DNA from: an uncultured Actinomycetes bacterium
GTDB lineage: Bacteria; Actinomycetota; UBA4738; HRBIN12
NCBI GenBank assembly: GCA_963734275.1
Contig: CAVTGO010000013.1
Coordinates: forward strand, 128,552 to 192,551
Reading direction: 5' to 3'
Length of the DNA stretch: 64,000 nucleotides
Shown here piece after piece: positions 47,598 to 58,266 of this stretch. The stretch's first letter is position 1. Each line of letters opens with the position of its first letter. The translations under genes and the position numbers were made by a program. Below the pieces are notes generated by a model, which worked only from the letters and a program-made list of their open reading frames with translations, did not search any database and was not told the DNA's origin.

Positions 47598-49271
47598 CTA
47601 CCCCGCCTCGACCTCGAACGGGTCCCGAGGCCCGAGGACGTCGGACTCGGCCACCCGGTAGCCCTCACGCAGGGTGCGCAGGCTGCCCATCCGGATCCGG
47701 ACCTCGGCGAGTCGGACACGGATGCGCTCGGCCTCGGCCACCAGCCGGGCCTCCTCGCGCTCGAGCGTCTCCAGGTCGTCGTTGAGCGCCTCGCGCGAGG
47801 TCCACCAGCGATCCACGGCGGCCCGCATGCTGGTGAGGGTCTCGAGGTATCCCACGACCGTGTCGTCCTCGGGGACGACCGAGGCGGGCGCCACATCCAT
47901 CGCGTCGACCGCAGCAGGCAAGGCGTCGACGCGCACGGCAGGCACGGCCACGAGCGCGGGTGCCAGGGACTGCGGAGCGATCTCCGGCGGAGCGAGCTCC
48001 GGCGGTGCGGTGGGTTCCCGCCCGGCGCCCGCCGCGACGACGAGCCCGGTCCGTCCCTCCACCGAGCGCATGCCGGGCAGGAACAGGAAGGCGATCGTGA
48101 CGATGCTGCCGAGCACGCCCGCGACGACCAACGTCGTGCGTGCGCCGAATGCCTGGGCCACGGGCCCCGTGAGCGCGTAGGAGAGCGGCACGAGGCCGAT
48201 CGAGATGAACCAGTCGAAGCTCGAGACGCGGCCGAGCAGGCGCCCCGGCACGAGTCGCTGCTTGGTCGTGATCCACACGATCAGGCCGGCGCTCTCCAGG
48301 GCGTTGAAGAAGAAGCAGAAGATCATCGCCTGCCACGGGAGGTTCGCGAAGCCGTAGCCGGCGATCATCAGCGTAGAGACCGCCCAGACCACGTACATGA
48401 ACGTCATGTTCCGGCGGGGCATCTCGCGGTTGCCCATCACGATCGCCGCGAGCATCGCGCCGATGCCGCCCATCGCGAGGATGAGGCCGAGGTCGCTCGC
48501 GGAGCGCCCCATCTCCTCCTTCACGATGAAGGGCAGCAGCACCTCGGCCGGTCCCCAGAAGATCAGGTAGGCGAGGGTGGCGGCGAGGAACGTCCCCCAC
48601 AGCCACACCTGGGTCCTGACGAAGCGGAAGCCCTCCTTGATCTCGGTCAGCATCGAGGCGGACGACTCGTCTCCCTCGCGCGCCCGATGCGGCCGCATGA
48701 GGATCAGGCAAGCCACGGAGATCGAGAACGTCACCCCGTCGAGCATGAACGCCTCGCCCGGACGGCCGCCGAACGCGGCGATCAGGCCGCCACCGAGCGC
48801 CGGGCCGATCATCCGATACGCCGCAGGGCGCACGAACTGGTCCAGCGCATTGGCCTGCGTGAGCTCGTCCTCGGGGACGAGGTCGGGGACGATCGCGTCG
48901 AACGCGGGTCCGAAGAACGCGGTCCCGGCGCCGTAGACCGCGGCGATCAGCATCATGTGCCAGATCTGGATCATGCCGTAGACGGAGAGCAGCCCGAGCG
49001 CGAACAGCGCGGCCATCCGGATCGCGTCCGCGAACAGCATCACCTTGCGGCGGTCGAACCGGTCGCTCACGGCGCCGCCGACCAGCAGCAGGATCACGTG
49101 TGGGACGGTCATCGAGAAGCCGATCATCGAGAGCGCGGTCGGCGTGTTCGAGATCTCATACGCCTGCCACGCGAGCGCGATCGTGGTGATGCCGTCGCCG
49201 AGCAGAGAGACCGTCATCCCGGTCCACAGCAAGCGGAACTCGCGATGGCGAAGCGGTACCAGGATGCGCAT
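47598..49271 (-). CDS. MFS transporter with roughly 130-aa C-terminal cytoplasmic coiled-coil extension
   Basis: 12 TM pattern from MRILVPLRHREFRLLWTG. The C-terminus LETLEREEARLVAEAERIRVRLAEVRIRM is helical/charged. The ORF N-terminal 65 aa is not protein-like, so the internal ATG was chosen. Confidence 0.8.
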   Translation of the reverse strand: MRILVPLRHREFRLLWTGMTVSLLGDGITTIALAWQAYEISNTPTALSMIGFSMTVPHVILLLVGGAVSDRFDRRKVMLFADAIRMAALFALGLLSVYGMIQIWHMMLIAAVYGAGTAFFGPAFDAIVPDLVPEDELTQANALDQFVRPAAYRMIGPALGGGLIAAFGGRPGEAFMLDGVTFSISVACLILMRPHRAREGDESSASMLTEIKEGFRFVRTQVWLWGTFLAATLAYLIFWGPAEVLLPFIVKEEMGRSASDLGLILAMGGIGAMLAAIVMGNREMPRRNMTFMYVVWAVSTLMIAGYGFANLPWQAMIFCFFFNALESAGLIVWITTKQRLVPGRLLGRVSSFDWFISIGLVPLSYALTGPVAQAFGARTTLVVAGVLGSIVTIAFLFLPGMRSVEGRTGLVVAAGAGREPTAPPELAPPEIAPQSLAPALVAVPAVRVDALPAAVDAMDVAPASVVPEDDTVVGYLETLTSMRAAVDRWWTSREALNDDLETLEREEARLVAEAERIRVRLAEVRIRMGSLRTLREGYRVAESDVLGPRDPFEVEAG

Positions 49272-49317
49272 CCTGCGTTGTACGAAGGTGCCTCCCGAGC
49301 CCCCCCGGCCACCGGGG

Positions 49318-50013
49318 TCACCCGGCCTGAGACGCGGCTCGGAGCGTGGAGCGCAGGAGGTCGCGGGCGGCGATTGCCTCACGTGTGCCGGCCAGCGCCG
49401 GGCGCTCGGCCAGGGACTCCTCGAGGTCGTCGAGGGCCACCCGAACCACGCCGCGGAGGCGCTCAACGCCGCCGTTCACGGCCTGGTGCACGCCCCGCGA
49501 GTACTCGAGGAACGCGCGCGGGCGCTCGCCCGCGCAGAGGTGCGCGAGGGCGAGGTCGAACCGCACCGCGATCCACCGGCCGTCGCGGTTCAGGGCCTCG
49601 CGGAGCGTGGCCACGGCCTCTTCGCTGCGACCGAGGCGCAACTGGCACCAGCCGACGAGCTCCCAGAGGTCCTCCTCGCGCTCGTAGCGCGCCATGCCCT
49701 CGGCAACGACCTCCTCGCACAGGCGGTCGGCCTCGGCGACGAGGTCCATGCGGCGCAGCACGTTCGCGAGACCCTCCTTGGCCCACAGGGCGCCCGGGTC
49801 CAGCGACAGGGCCCGCTCGTACGCGCGCCGTGCCTCCAGCTGGCGAGCGGGCCCCAGGTTCTCGAGCGCCCACCCGCGCGCGGTGTGGACGGCGGCGTTC
49901 TCCGGATCCTGCGAGAGCGCGGCCTCGAGCTCGTCCAGGGCAGCCGCATAGCTCCCGGCGTCGGAGAGCATCTCCGCGCGCCCCAGCCCTTCGGCGACAG
50001 GACCCTTCGTCAT
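49318..50013 (-). CDS. TPR-repeat protein
   Basis: Repeated A-x-x-x-Y/ W-x-x-L-G TPR-like helices. Start at internal ATG (MTKGPVAEG). Confidence 0.7.
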   Translation of the reverse strand: MTKGPVAEGLGRAEMLSDAGSYAAALDELEAALSQDPENAAVHTARGWALENLGPARQLEARRAYERALSLDPGALWAKEGLANVLRRMDLVAEADRLCEEVVAEGMARYEREEDLWELVGWCQLRLGRSEEAVATLREALNRDGRWIAVRFDLALAHLCAGERPRAFLEYSRGVHQAVNGGVERLRGVVRVALDDLEESLAERPALAGTREAIAARDLLRSTLRAASQAG

Positions 50014-50017
50014 GGTC

Positions 50018-51412
50018 CTACCCTCGTGAGATCCGCGACTCGGCAAGCAGCGCGCGGTGATCCTCGTGCTGCAGCTCGAAGCGCTCGTTGATCTCGCCGA
50101 GCACCTCGCACAGCAGGTCGATCTCGGCGTCGGCATTGGCGGCGGTGATCTGCATGCGGAAGCCGACCTCGTCCTTGGGGACGAGCGGATACGCGGCCAT
50201 CGTGACGTAGATGCCCCGGTCGAACAGGTAGCGCCCGACCGCGTCGATGTCCTCGTGCTTGGCGAGCGGGATCTCGATCAACGGGAAGCCCGACTCGTTG
50301 GGCGTATAGATGTCCAGTTCGTGCAGGCGGTCGAGCACCTGCTTGGTCTTGCGGTAGATCTCGGCGCGGTAGGTGTCGCCGCGCTTCTCGTTCACGTCGA
50401 GCCCGACCAGCGTGGTGGCGAGTGACGCCACCGGGGACGGGCCCGAGTACAGGTAGGGAGGGGCCGCCACCTTCAGCACGTCTTTCAGACGGGTCGGCAG
50501 CGCGAGGAACGACAACAGCGAGCTGTACGCCTTGCTGAAGCCGGCGACCAGGATGACGTTCTCGTACGTCTCGCCCTGGTGACGTACGACGCTGTTGCCC
50601 CTCGTCCCCCACGGGGTGAGCTCGGTGGGAGAGCGCTCCCCGATGACCCCGAACCCATGGGCGTCGTCGACGTAGAGCAGCGCGTCGTACTCGCGCGCGA
50701 CGCGGGCGAGCTCGCGCATGTCGGGCGCGTTGCCGGTCATCGAGTTCACGCCATCCATCGCGATCACGCGCGGTGTCACCGTCGAGGCCTTCAACAGCTC
50801 TTCGAGATGCCGGTGATCGTTGTGACGGAAGCGTTGGATCGTGGCGCCGTGACCGCGGGCGATCATCGCGCCGTCGTAGATCGTCTTGTGGGCCCGCCCG
50901 TCGAGGAAGATGACGCCCGCACCGGCGAGGATCGGGATCACCGACATGTGGATGTGCGTGATCGTCGGGAACAGCAGGGTGTCCTGGCTCCCGAGCAGGT
51001 CCGTGAGCTTCTGCTCGATCTGCTCGTAGATGACGGGGCTTCCGAGCAGGCGGGACCAGCTCGGGTGGGTTCCCCAGCGCGCGACGTACTCGGGGATGGC
51101 GTCCATGATCTCCTGGTCCAGGTCGAATCCCAGGTAGTTGCAGCTGGCGAAGTCGGCAAGCCAGTGGTCCCCGATCCGGATCTGGCGTCCGATCTGTTCG
51201 TCGATCACGGCGTCGAGCATCGGGTGGGACTCCTTCAGGCGCGCCAGGTCGGCGACCGTGGCCATCCATCGCTCGAGCCAGCTATCCGTCTCGCGGCGCA
51301 GGGGCTTGTCCGCGACGACCTGCCGAGGCCGCATGTCGGATTCCCTGCGGCGGACCGCATCGGTACGACGGCGCCCGGCGTTAGCCGGGTCGAACTGCGT
51401 GGGCGTCGACAT
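50018..51412 (-). CDS. PLP-dependent alpha-oxoamine synthase family protein (8-amino-7-oxononanoate synthase / serine palmitoyltransferase-like)
   Basis: Class I/II aminotransferase fold, PLP-Lys region ILVAGFSKAYSSL, YVDDAHGFGVIG. Confidence 0.85.
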   Translation of the reverse strand: MSTPTQFDPANAGRRRTDAVRRRESDMRPRQVVADKPLRRETDSWLERWMATVADLARLKESHPMLDAVIDEQIGRQIRIGDHWLADFASCNYLGFDLDQEIMDAIPEYVARWGTHPSWSRLLGSPVIYEQIEQKLTDLLGSQDTLLFPTITHIHMSVIPILAGAGVIFLDGRAHKTIYDGAMIARGHGATIQRFRHNDHRHLEELLKASTVTPRVIAMDGVNSMTGNAPDMRELARVAREYDALLYVDDAHGFGVIGERSPTELTPWGTRGNSVVRHQGETYENVILVAGFSKAYSSLLSFLALPTRLKDVLKVAAPPYLYSGPSPVASLATTLVGLDVNEKRGDTYRAEIYRKTKQVLDRLHELDIYTPNESGFPLIEIPLAKHEDIDAVGRYLFDRGIYVTMAAYPLVPKDEVGFRMQITAANADAEIDLLCEVLGEINERFELQHEDHRALLAESRISRG

Positions 51413-51502
51413 GGCCTACTCCCCATCGGACCGTCCACGCACGGGCTTGAGCCCTTTGGACGGGTTGCCGGTCGGCCGACCGGGGGAACGTCGGGCGGGC
51501 CG

Positions 51503-52096
51503 TCAGCGGGCGGGGATGGAGGGCCGCCAGAGGGGGCGCGAGCGTTCGTAGACGTCGATCGCGTCCGCGTGGCGGAGGGTGAGACCGATGTCGTCGAGCC
51601 CCTCGAGCAGGCGCCACCGGGTATAGGGGTCGACCCGGAATGACTCGACCATCCCGGGGGCGGTGACGCGCTCCTCCTCAAGGTCGACGGTGATCTGCGT
51701 CGTGGGGTCGTGGACCACCGCGTCCATCAGCGCGCGGACGGACGCGACCGGCAGCTCCACCGGGAGCAGTCCGATCTTGCCGCAGTTGTTGCGGAAGATG
51801 TCGGCGAAGCTCGGGGAGACGATGGCCCGGAAGCCTGCGTCTTCGAGCGCCCACACCGCGTGCTCGCGGCTGGAGCCGCCCCCGAAGTTCGGCCCGGTCA
51901 GCAGGATGCTCGCGCCCCGGTATCCGGGCCGGTCCAGCACGAAGTTCGGGTCCGCGCGCCACGAGTCGAACAGGAACGGGCCGAACCCCGTGCGCTCGAC
52001 CCGCTTCAGGTACTCGGCCGGGATTATCTGGTCGGTGTCGACGTCGGAGCGGTCCAGGGGAACGGCCCGGCCCGTGTGCACGCGGAAGGGCTTCAC
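51503..52096 (-). CDS. leuD: 3-isopropylmalate dehydratase small subunit
   Basis: [26 protein letters not shown]... GTGA overlap with the leuC stop. CCCCGGAGGACCT RBS. Confidence 0.9.
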   Translation of the reverse strand: MKPFRVHTGRAVPLDRSDVDTDQIIPAEYLKRVERTGFGPFLFDSWRADPNFVLDRPGYRGASILLTGPNFGGGSSREHAVWALEDAGFRAIVSPSFADIFRNNCGKIGLLPVELPVASVRALMDAVVHDPTTQITVDLEEERVTAPGMVESFRVDPYTRWRLLEGLDDIGLTLRHADAIDVYERSRPLWRPSIPAR

Positions 52097-53457
52097 AGGT
52101 CCTCCGGGGTCGCGAAATGGCCGGCGACCGCGGTCGCGGCCGCGACGGCCGGGCTGACGAGGTGCGTCCGTCCGCCCCTGCCCTGGCGCCCTTCGAAGTT
52201 GCGGTTCGACGTCGAGGCCGACCGCTCGCCGGGCGCGAGCTGATCCGGGTTCATCCCGAGGCACATCGAGCAGCCCGCGTCCCGCCACTCGAACCCGGCG
52301 GCGGTGAAGACCTCGTGCAGACCCTCCGCCTCGGCCTCGCGTTTCACGAGCATCGAGCCGGGGACGACCATCGCGCGCAGGCCCTCGCGGATCGTCTTGC
52401 CGCGCAGGATCTCGGCGGCCTCCCGCAGGTCGGACAGCCGGCTGTTGGTGCACGACCCGATGAAGACGGTATCGGGGCGGATGTCGCGGATGGGGGTGCC
52501 GGGCCGCAGGGCCATGTACGTGAGGGCGCGCTCGGCGGTCTCGTCGGCGGGCTCGGGGACGACGTCGTCGATCGTGACCGTCTGCGCGGGGTTCGTTCCC
52601 CACGACACGTATGGCCGGAGCTCGGCGGCGTCGATGCGCACCTCTCGGTCGAACGTCGCGCCGTCGTCGGTGGGGAGCGACCGCCACTCGTCGAGTGCCG
52701 CCTCCCAGTCCGACGGCGCGTGCGGGCGGCCCTCGAGGTACGCGAACGTCGTGTCGTCCGGCGCTACGACCCCGGCGCGAGCGCCGGCCTCGATCGACAT
52801 GTTGCACACCGTCATGCGGCCTTCCATCGACAGCGAACGGATCGCGCTCCCTCGGTACTCGAGGACGTGGCCCACGCCGCCGCCGGTGCCGATACGGGCG
52901 ATGATGCCGAGGATCACGTCCTTGGCCGAGACGCCGGACGGCAGGTCGCCCTCGACGGTGATCGCCATCGTGCCGGGACGCGCCTGCGGGAGGGTCTGCG
53001 TTGCGAGGACATGTTCGACCTCGCTGGTGCCGATGCCGAACGCGAGCGCGCCGAAGGCCCCGTGGGTGCTGGTGTGCGAGTCGCCGCACACGATCACGAG
53101 GCCGGGCTGGGTGAGCCCCATCTGCGGGCCGATCACGTGCACGATCCCTTGCCCGATGTCGCCGGTCGGGAACAGGCGGATGCCGAACTCCGCGGCGTTG
53201 CGGGCGAGCGCCTCCATCTGCTTCACGCTCACGGGGTCCACGGGCCCCGGTCCGGTGGGCACGTTGTGGTCCATCGTCGCGACGGTGAGGTCGGGGCGCC
53301 GGACCGGGCGCCCCTCCATGCGCAGGCCGTCGAAGGCCTGCGGGCTCGTGACCTCGTGGACCAGGTGCAGGTCCACGTAGAGCAGGTCGGGCTCGCCCTC
53401 AGCGCTGTGCACCACGTGGCGGTCCCAGACCTTCTCGGCGAGCGTGCGCGGTTCCAT
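52093..53457 (-). CDS. leuC: 3-isopropylmalate dehydratase large subunit
   Basis: [16 protein letters not shown]..., aconitase-family Cys ligands (CGDSHT, GSCTNSR). 454 aa. Confidence 0.9.
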   Translation of the reverse strand: MEPRTLAEKVWDRHVVHSAEGEPDLLYVDLHLVHEVTSPQAFDGLRMEGRPVRRPDLTVATMDHNVPTGPGPVDPVSVKQMEALARNAAEFGIRLFPTGDIGQGIVHVIGPQMGLTQPGLVIVCGDSHTSTHGAFGALAFGIGTSEVEHVLATQTLPQARPGTMAITVEGDLPSGVSAKDVILGIIARIGTGGGVGHVLEYRGSAIRSLSMEGRMTVCNMSIEAGARAGVVAPDDTTFAYLEGRPHAPSDWEAALDEWRSLPTDDGATFDREVRIDAAELRPYVSWGTNPAQTVTIDDVVPEPADETAERALTYMALRPGTPIRDIRPDTVFIGSCTNSRLSDLREAAEILRGKTIREGLRAMVVPGSMLVKREAEAEGLHEVFTAAGFEWRDAGCSMCLGMNPDQLAPGERSASTSNRNFEGRQGRGGRTHLVSPAVAAATAVAGHFATPEDL

Positions 53458-53498
53458 GGGTCCGATGGTGGCAGCCGGTGGACCCTCTGTCCACGGTT

Positions 53499-53535
53499 GT
53501 TCCATCATATGGAACTGTGTTCCACTATATGGAAC
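53499..53535. promoter_or_regulatory. two 17-bp palindromic IclR-type operators: GTTCCATCATATGGAAC (53499..53515) and GTTCCACTATATGGAAC (53519..53535)
   Basis: Perfect GTTCCA-N5-TGGAAC inverted repeats, 20 bp centre to centre, in the 78-bp leuC / IclR divergent intergenic region and overlapping the regulator's candidate start codons. Confidence 0.6.
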
Positions 53536-54423
53536 ATGCCACCGAGCCCACCGAGCCCACCGAGCCCACCGAGCCCACCGAGCCCACCGAGCCCACCGAG
53601 CCCACCGAGCCCACCGAGCCCACCGAGCCGCCTGCGCCCGCCATCCGACCCTTGGCGGCCGCATCGAGCCGCGCCCAGAACGCCGGACCCGACGGCCCCA
53701 TCCGACGTCCCGAACACGGGCGTCGGGACCCTCGACCGGGCGGTCGCCGTCATCGAGGCGGTGGAGCGAGGCGCGAGTTCCTTCACCGCGATCGCCGAGG
53801 CGACCGGCTTGTCCCGGGCGACCGCCCACCGCCTGGTCAAGGCGCTCGTGGAACACGAGCTCCTCGCGACGTACGGAGGGTTCGGCTACCGAATCGGGCC
53901 AAGGCTCCTGCGCCTCGCCGACCGCGCGATGCGCGAGCTCCCCCTCCGTGAGCTGGCCCGCACCGCGCTCGAGCGCCTCGCGCGGGTGACGGGGGAGACC
54001 GCGCAGCTCTACGTCCGTTCGGGCGACGAGCGCGTCTGCATCGACACCGTCGAGTCCGCGAACGAGCTCCGCACGATCGTGCCGATCGGCGCCACCCTGC
54101 CTCTCACCGCCGGCTCCGCCGCCAAGGTGTTCCTCGCCTACGATCCCCGTGCCGACCGGCTGATCCGGCGGGCCGCCGATCCGGCCCGGTTCGGCCGCGA
54201 GGTCGCGCGGGTCAGCGGGCGCGGATGGGCGTCGAGCACCGGCGAGCGGCAGGCCGGGGTCGGCTCGGTGAGCGCCCCGGTCCTCGCGCTGAACGACCTG
54301 CCGATCGCGGTGGTCTCCGTGTCGGGACCGGCGTCGAGGATGGGGCGCATCAGCGCGAAGCGGTACGCGCCGGCGGTGATGGATGCCGCGCGCGAGATCG
54401 AGCGCGCGCTCGGAACGGCTTAG
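53536..54423 (+). CDS. IclR-family transcriptional regulator (LtbR/NdgR-like, divergent from leuCD) with N-terminal (PPS)n low-complexity extension if the ATG at 53536 is used
   Basis: [45 protein letters not shown]-terminal IclR effector domain. Alternative ATG at 53509. Confidence 0.8.
   Translation: MPPSPPSPPSPPSPPSPPSPPSPPSPPSPPSRLRPPSDPWRPHRAAPRTPDPTAPSDVPNTGVGTLDRAVAVIEAVERGASSFTAIAEATGLSRATAHRLVKALVEHELLATYGGFGYRIGPRLLRLADRAMRELPLRELARTALERLARVTGETAQLYVRSGDERVCIDTVESANELRTIVPIGATLPLTAGSAAKVFLAYDPRADRLIRRAADPARFGREVARVSGRGWASSTGERQAGVGSVSAPVLALNDLPIAVVSVSGPASRMGRISAKRYAPAVMDAAREIERALGTA
53539..53628 (+). repeat. perfect 9-bp tandem repeat (CCACCGAGC) x10
   Basis: 90 nt of exact repeats immediately after the ATG at 53536. 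In the regulator frame they encode (PPS)10. Confidence 0.9.
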
Positions 54424-56315
54424 ACGGAACCCGGGATGATGCCGATCGGTCCGTCGGGCAGGTAGACGCGGAACGACGCCCCACCGTCCGGCCGCGCCTC
54501 GACCCACGCCCGTCCGCCGTGCAGCTCCGCGAACCGGGCGACGAGGGAGAGCCCGATCCCGCTGCCTTGTGTCCCCTCGGTGCCGGGACCGCGACGGAAC
54601 GCCTCGAACACGGTCTCCTCGAACCCGGCAGGCACGCCCGGGCCGTCGTCGTCGACGATGATCAAGGCGCCGCCGCCCTCGCGCCGGCAGCGGGCCCAGA
54701 TCCGCGCGTCGGACCCCGTGTGCCGGACGGCGTTCGCGAGCAGGTTCTCGATCATGCGCTCCACCTTCGGGACGTCCACGTTCGCGATGCACCGGCCCGG
54801 CTCCACCTCCACCTTCCGGCCGCGGAGCACGACCGTCCGCTCGACCAGCCCCGACACGAGCTCCACGAGGTCCACCGGGAACCGGCGCGGCTCCGTGATC
54901 CCCGAGTCCAGCCGGTCCAGGTCGAGGAGGTCGGTCAGCAGGCCGTTCATCGCCTTGGTCCGCGCGCCGAGCGTGTGGAGCAGGGCCGTGCGCTCCTCCT
55001 CATCGAGCTGGTCGTCGAGGCGCTCCAGCGTGCTCGCCGCCCCCAGGATCGCCGTGAGCGGCTCCTTCAGGTCGTGCGAGAGGGTGTGGAGCAACGTGTT
55101 CTTCAGCCGGTCCAGGGCCACCAGCCGTTCTTCGGCCCCGCGCCGCTCGGTGATGTCGTACATGAGGCCCTGCAGGCAGATCGGGTTGCCCTCGTCGTCC
55201 AGCACGGCCGTGGCCTCGTCGAGCAGCCACACCCACTCCCCGTCGCGACGCTGCATCCGGTACTCGATGCGGAACGGCACGCCTTCGCGCTGGGACCGCA
55301 CCTCGGCCTCCCGGACCATCTCGAGGTCGTCGGGGTGGGTGAACGAGGCCTGCGGGTGCGGGTGTTCCATCCACTCCGTGGGCGTGAACCCGAGGACGCG
55401 CTCGATCTGGGGGCTGACGTACAGCCAATCGCCGTCGTCCCCGTACTTGGCGAGGTAGACGACGCACGGGAGAGACTCGACGAGGGTGCGGTACTTCGCC
55501 TCGGTCTCCGCGTGGTGCTCTGCCGTCTCCTTCATCTCGGTGACGTCGAGCATCATGCCCTGCCAGAACCGAACCCGGCTCACGGGGTCGGTGATCAGGA
55601 CCGCCTCGTCGCGGAACCACACCACGCGCCCGTCCCGAGCGATCATCCGGTATTCGCTCAAGAAGCGGTCGCCGGTGGTCGCCGACCAGTGGTCCTGCGC
55701 GACGAGCTGGTCGCGATCGTCCGGGTGGGTGGCCCGGACCCGCAGCTCGGGATCGGCCTGCCACTCCCCAGGCGTGTAGCCGAGGATCCGCTCGGTCTGG
55801 GGGCTGATGTACAGGTTGCGGAAGCCGGTGGGACTGGTCGGCTCCTCGACCTGGGTGTACGTGATCGCCGGCATCTGCTCGACGAGCGCGCGGTAGGCCA
55901 TCTCGGTCTCGCGCAGCTCCCGATACCGGCTCCCGGCGGCTGCCCGCCCGTCGACGTCGGAAGCGCGGACGACGACGAGCGGTTCGCCCCCGTTCACGAC
56001 CTCGGCCCACAGGCGGATCACCCGGGTCTCGCCCTCGGGGGTCGACACGGAGGTGTCGAACCCGTCGATCAGGCCGGTCTGCGCGAGACGCCCTCGCGCC
56101 CTGTCCGGCCCGAGCGCGCCCCACAGATCCAGGTCGTACACGTCGGCCCCAAGGACCTCGCCGAGACCTACGCCCATCAGGGCGCAGAATCGGTCGTTGG
56201 CCTCCTGGATCCGGCCGTCATCGAGCCGGGCGACGACCATGCCCACCGCGCTCGCGTGGAAGACGCGGTCGAGCAGGCCCGCCCGATCCTGGGCAGGGGC
56301 GACGTGAGAGTCCAT
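54420..56315 (-). CDS. multi-PAS sensor histidine kinase (orphan)
   Basis: Three PAS-like segments, HisKA H-box [13 protein letters not shown], HATPase_c (...GIGLSLV...). Start at the internal ATG (MDSHVAPAQ); the ORF N-terminus is antisense-type R-rich. Confidence 0.85.
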   Translation of the reverse strand: MDSHVAPAQDRAGLLDRVFHASAVGMVVARLDDGRIQEANDRFCALMGVGLGEVLGADVYDLDLWGALGPDRARGRLAQTGLIDGFDTSVSTPEGETRVIRLWAEVVNGGEPLVVVRASDVDGRAAAGSRYRELRETEMAYRALVEQMPAITYTQVEEPTSPTGFRNLYISPQTERILGYTPGEWQADPELRVRATHPDDRDQLVAQDHWSATTGDRFLSEYRMIARDGRVVWFRDEAVLITDPVSRVRFWQGMMLDVTEMKETAEHHAETEAKYRTLVESLPCVVYLAKYGDDGDWLYVSPQIERVLGFTPTEWMEHPHPQASFTHPDDLEMVREAEVRSQREGVPFRIEYRMQRRDGEWVWLLDEATAVLDDEGNPICLQGLMYDITERRGAEERLVALDRLKNTLLHTLSHDLKEPLTAILGAASTLERLDDQLDEEERTALLHTLGARTKAMNGLLTDLLDLDRLDSGITEPRRFPVDLVELVSGLVERTVVLRGRKVEVEPGRCIANVDVPKVERMIENLLANAVRHTGSDARIWARCRREGGGALIIVDDDGPGVPAGFEETVFEAFRRGPGTEGTQGSGIGLSLVARFAELHGGRAWVEARPDGGASFRVYLPDGPIGIIPGSV

Positions 56316-56449
56316 CCCAGGATGCATCGGGTGTCCGCGCGACCGGGTTGACGCATGGGTCGTCATCTGCGTCCTTTGGACGCATCGTTCGGACCATCGG
56401 CCGGTGGGTGACCAGGCCGCGTGGTTCGGGCGCGAGCCACCCGTTCGGG

Positions 56450-58198
56450 CTAACCCAGCTGCCCGGCCAGCACGCGAACGATCTCGTCCTCGATCCCCGA
56501 GGCGGTGGACTTGGACAGACCCGAGCACAGGATCGAGAACTCCACCCAGGCGTCGAGGCGGTCGGCGTAGACCCAGCCCGAGAGGGCGGACACGTCGGTG
56601 AGGGTGCCGGTCTTCGCCCTGATCTTCACGTTGTGGAGCCGGTCGCGAAGGGTCCCCTGGCCGCCGGTGGGCAGGGCCCGCCGCAGGTCGACGCCCCAGG
56701 GCGCGTCTTCTGCGTGCCAGAGCAGCTCCACCATCCCGCGTGCGCTCACTCGGTTCGCGTACGACAGGCCCGAGTTGTCGAACAGTTCGAAGCCCGCGCC
56801 GCGCTCGTTGACCCATTCCTCGACCGTCGCCGCGCCCTTGGCGATCGTGCCCGGGGCGCCGCGAACCTCGGCGCCGAGCCGCTTGCCGAGCACCTCGGCC
56901 GAGAAGTTGTTCGAGGGGACGAGCGTCTTGCGAAGGAGCGTGGCGAGCGGTTGCGAGGAGACCGATGCCACCGGCGTGAGTCCGTCGGGCGACCGACCCG
57001 ACCCCGGCGTTCCCCCGACGCGCACGCCGAGCTCCTCGAGGCGCTCCGTGAGCGCCTCGGCCGCGCGGCGCTCGGGGGCGGGCGAATCGTTGCCATCGAA
57101 CGTGAGCGCCGTCGGCCGGTTCACGTAGTCGCGTGCGACGTTGTTCCATCCCGGGGCGTCCCAGTCCCGTCGGAAGTAGGTGGTGCTCCCGCGGACGTCG
57201 CCCGCGATCCGCACGATCCCCGCGTCCACGATCCGCTGCGCGAGCGCACCCATCGACGCCCGTCCCACACCTGGGTCGCCGCGGCCGAGGATCCACAGGT
57301 CGCCGCGCACGACGCCGTCCCGCACCGTGCGGGCCGAGGCCCGGGTCTGGACCTCGAAGTCGGCTCCGAACGTGTCGAACATCGCCATCGCGAGCAGCAG
57401 CTTCTCGTTCGATGCGGGGGTCCGGGCCGTAAGGTCGGCGCGCCGGTAGAGGTAGACGTCCTCTTCACCGACGGTCACCGAGATCGGGCGACCGCCGATG
57501 GCATCCTCGATCGACTCCATCCACGCGGCCGGCGTGACCTCGAACGCCAGCATCGGCGTCGTGGCCGTCTCGTTCAGCTCGTCCTGCGCGGTCCACCGGA
57601 ACCGGTACCGCACCACCCCGATGTCGTCGAACCCGAGGCAGGGGCTGGCCGTCGCGCTCGAATGAGCGTCGAGCGTCAGCGACTCGAGCACGACCCATCC
57701 GTCCTTCGTGCGCCGCTGGAGCTCGACGAGCTGGCCGGTCTTCGACGGCGTCACGCTGACGAACGCATCGACGCAGGACCCGGCCTCCGCATCGCCGGCG
57801 ACGACCGAACCGTCCACCGAGGCGCGGACGCGCACGAGCGCCAGCTCCGAGGTGGCGGCCGTGCAGCCGCCGCTGGAAGACACGCTCGCCCGGTACCGGC
57901 CGGTGTGCTGCTGGGACTGGTCGAGGGCGACCGTCCCGGTGTCGTCCGTGGTTCCCTGTCCGACGATCGCGGATCCCGAGGAGTCGGCGGGACGCCACTC
58001 GAGGGTGACGGTGCGACCGTCGAGGCACGCCGGGTCGCCCTCGACCGTAACGGTGAGCGTGACGTCGCCTCCGTATGGGGTCGTCTGGTCCGAGGCGACG
58101 ATCGTGACCGTGCTCGTGCCGGCGTGCGCCGGGCCGGCGGCAAGGATCGGCAACAGCACGGCGAAGGTCGCAAGGAGAACGAGGGCGCGGGCTCTCAC
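56450..58198 (-). CDS. dacB: D-alanyl-D-alanine carboxypeptidase/endopeptidase (PBP4, peptidase S13) with N-terminal Ig-like extension
   Basis: Signal peptide VRARALVLLATFAVLLPILAAGPAHA. S13 motifs SNNFSAEVL and KTGTL. Confidence 0.85.
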   Translation of the reverse strand: MRARALVLLATFAVLLPILAAGPAHAGTSTVTIVASDQTTPYGGDVTLTVTVEGDPACLDGRTVTLEWRPADSSGSAIVGQGTTDDTGTVALDQSQQHTGRYRASVSSSGGCTAATSELALVRVRASVDGSVVAGDAEAGSCVDAFVSVTPSKTGQLVELQRRTKDGWVVLESLTLDAHSSATASPCLGFDDIGVVRYRFRWTAQDELNETATTPMLAFEVTPAAWMESIEDAIGGRPISVTVGEEDVYLYRRADLTARTPASNEKLLLAMAMFDTFGADFEVQTRASARTVRDGVVRGDLWILGRGDPGVGRASMGALAQRIVDAGIVRIAGDVRGSTTYFRRDWDAPGWNNVARDYVNRPTALTFDGNDSPAPERRAAEALTERLEELGVRVGGTPGSGRSPDGLTPVASVSSQPLATLLRKTLVPSNNFSAEVLGKRLGAEVRGAPGTIAKGAATVEEWVNERGAGFELFDNSGLSYANRVSARGMVELLWHAEDAPWGVDLRRALPTGGQGTLRDRLHNVKIRAKTGTLTDVSALSGWVYADRLDAWVEFSILCSGLSKSTASGIEDEIVRVLAGQLG

Positions 58199-58266
58199 GG
58201 TTCGGCGATGCTCCCACGCGGGGGCAGAGGCCTCAATAGGGTTCCGGAAGGAGCGGCCGCGGCCGC

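Noticed and set aside
53539-53628. 9-bp repeat array considered as a CRISPR array
   Set aside because: Units are contiguous with no spacers and only 9 bp long. It is a tandem minisatellite, not a CRISPR.
52117-54423. 768-aa plus-strand ORF and 899-aa minus ORF (52093..54792)
   Set aside because: Composite open frames. Only the C-terminal IclR part (from 53536) of the plus ORF, and the leuC part (52093..53457) of the minus ORF, are protein-like. The remainder is antisense of leuC / the histidine kinase.
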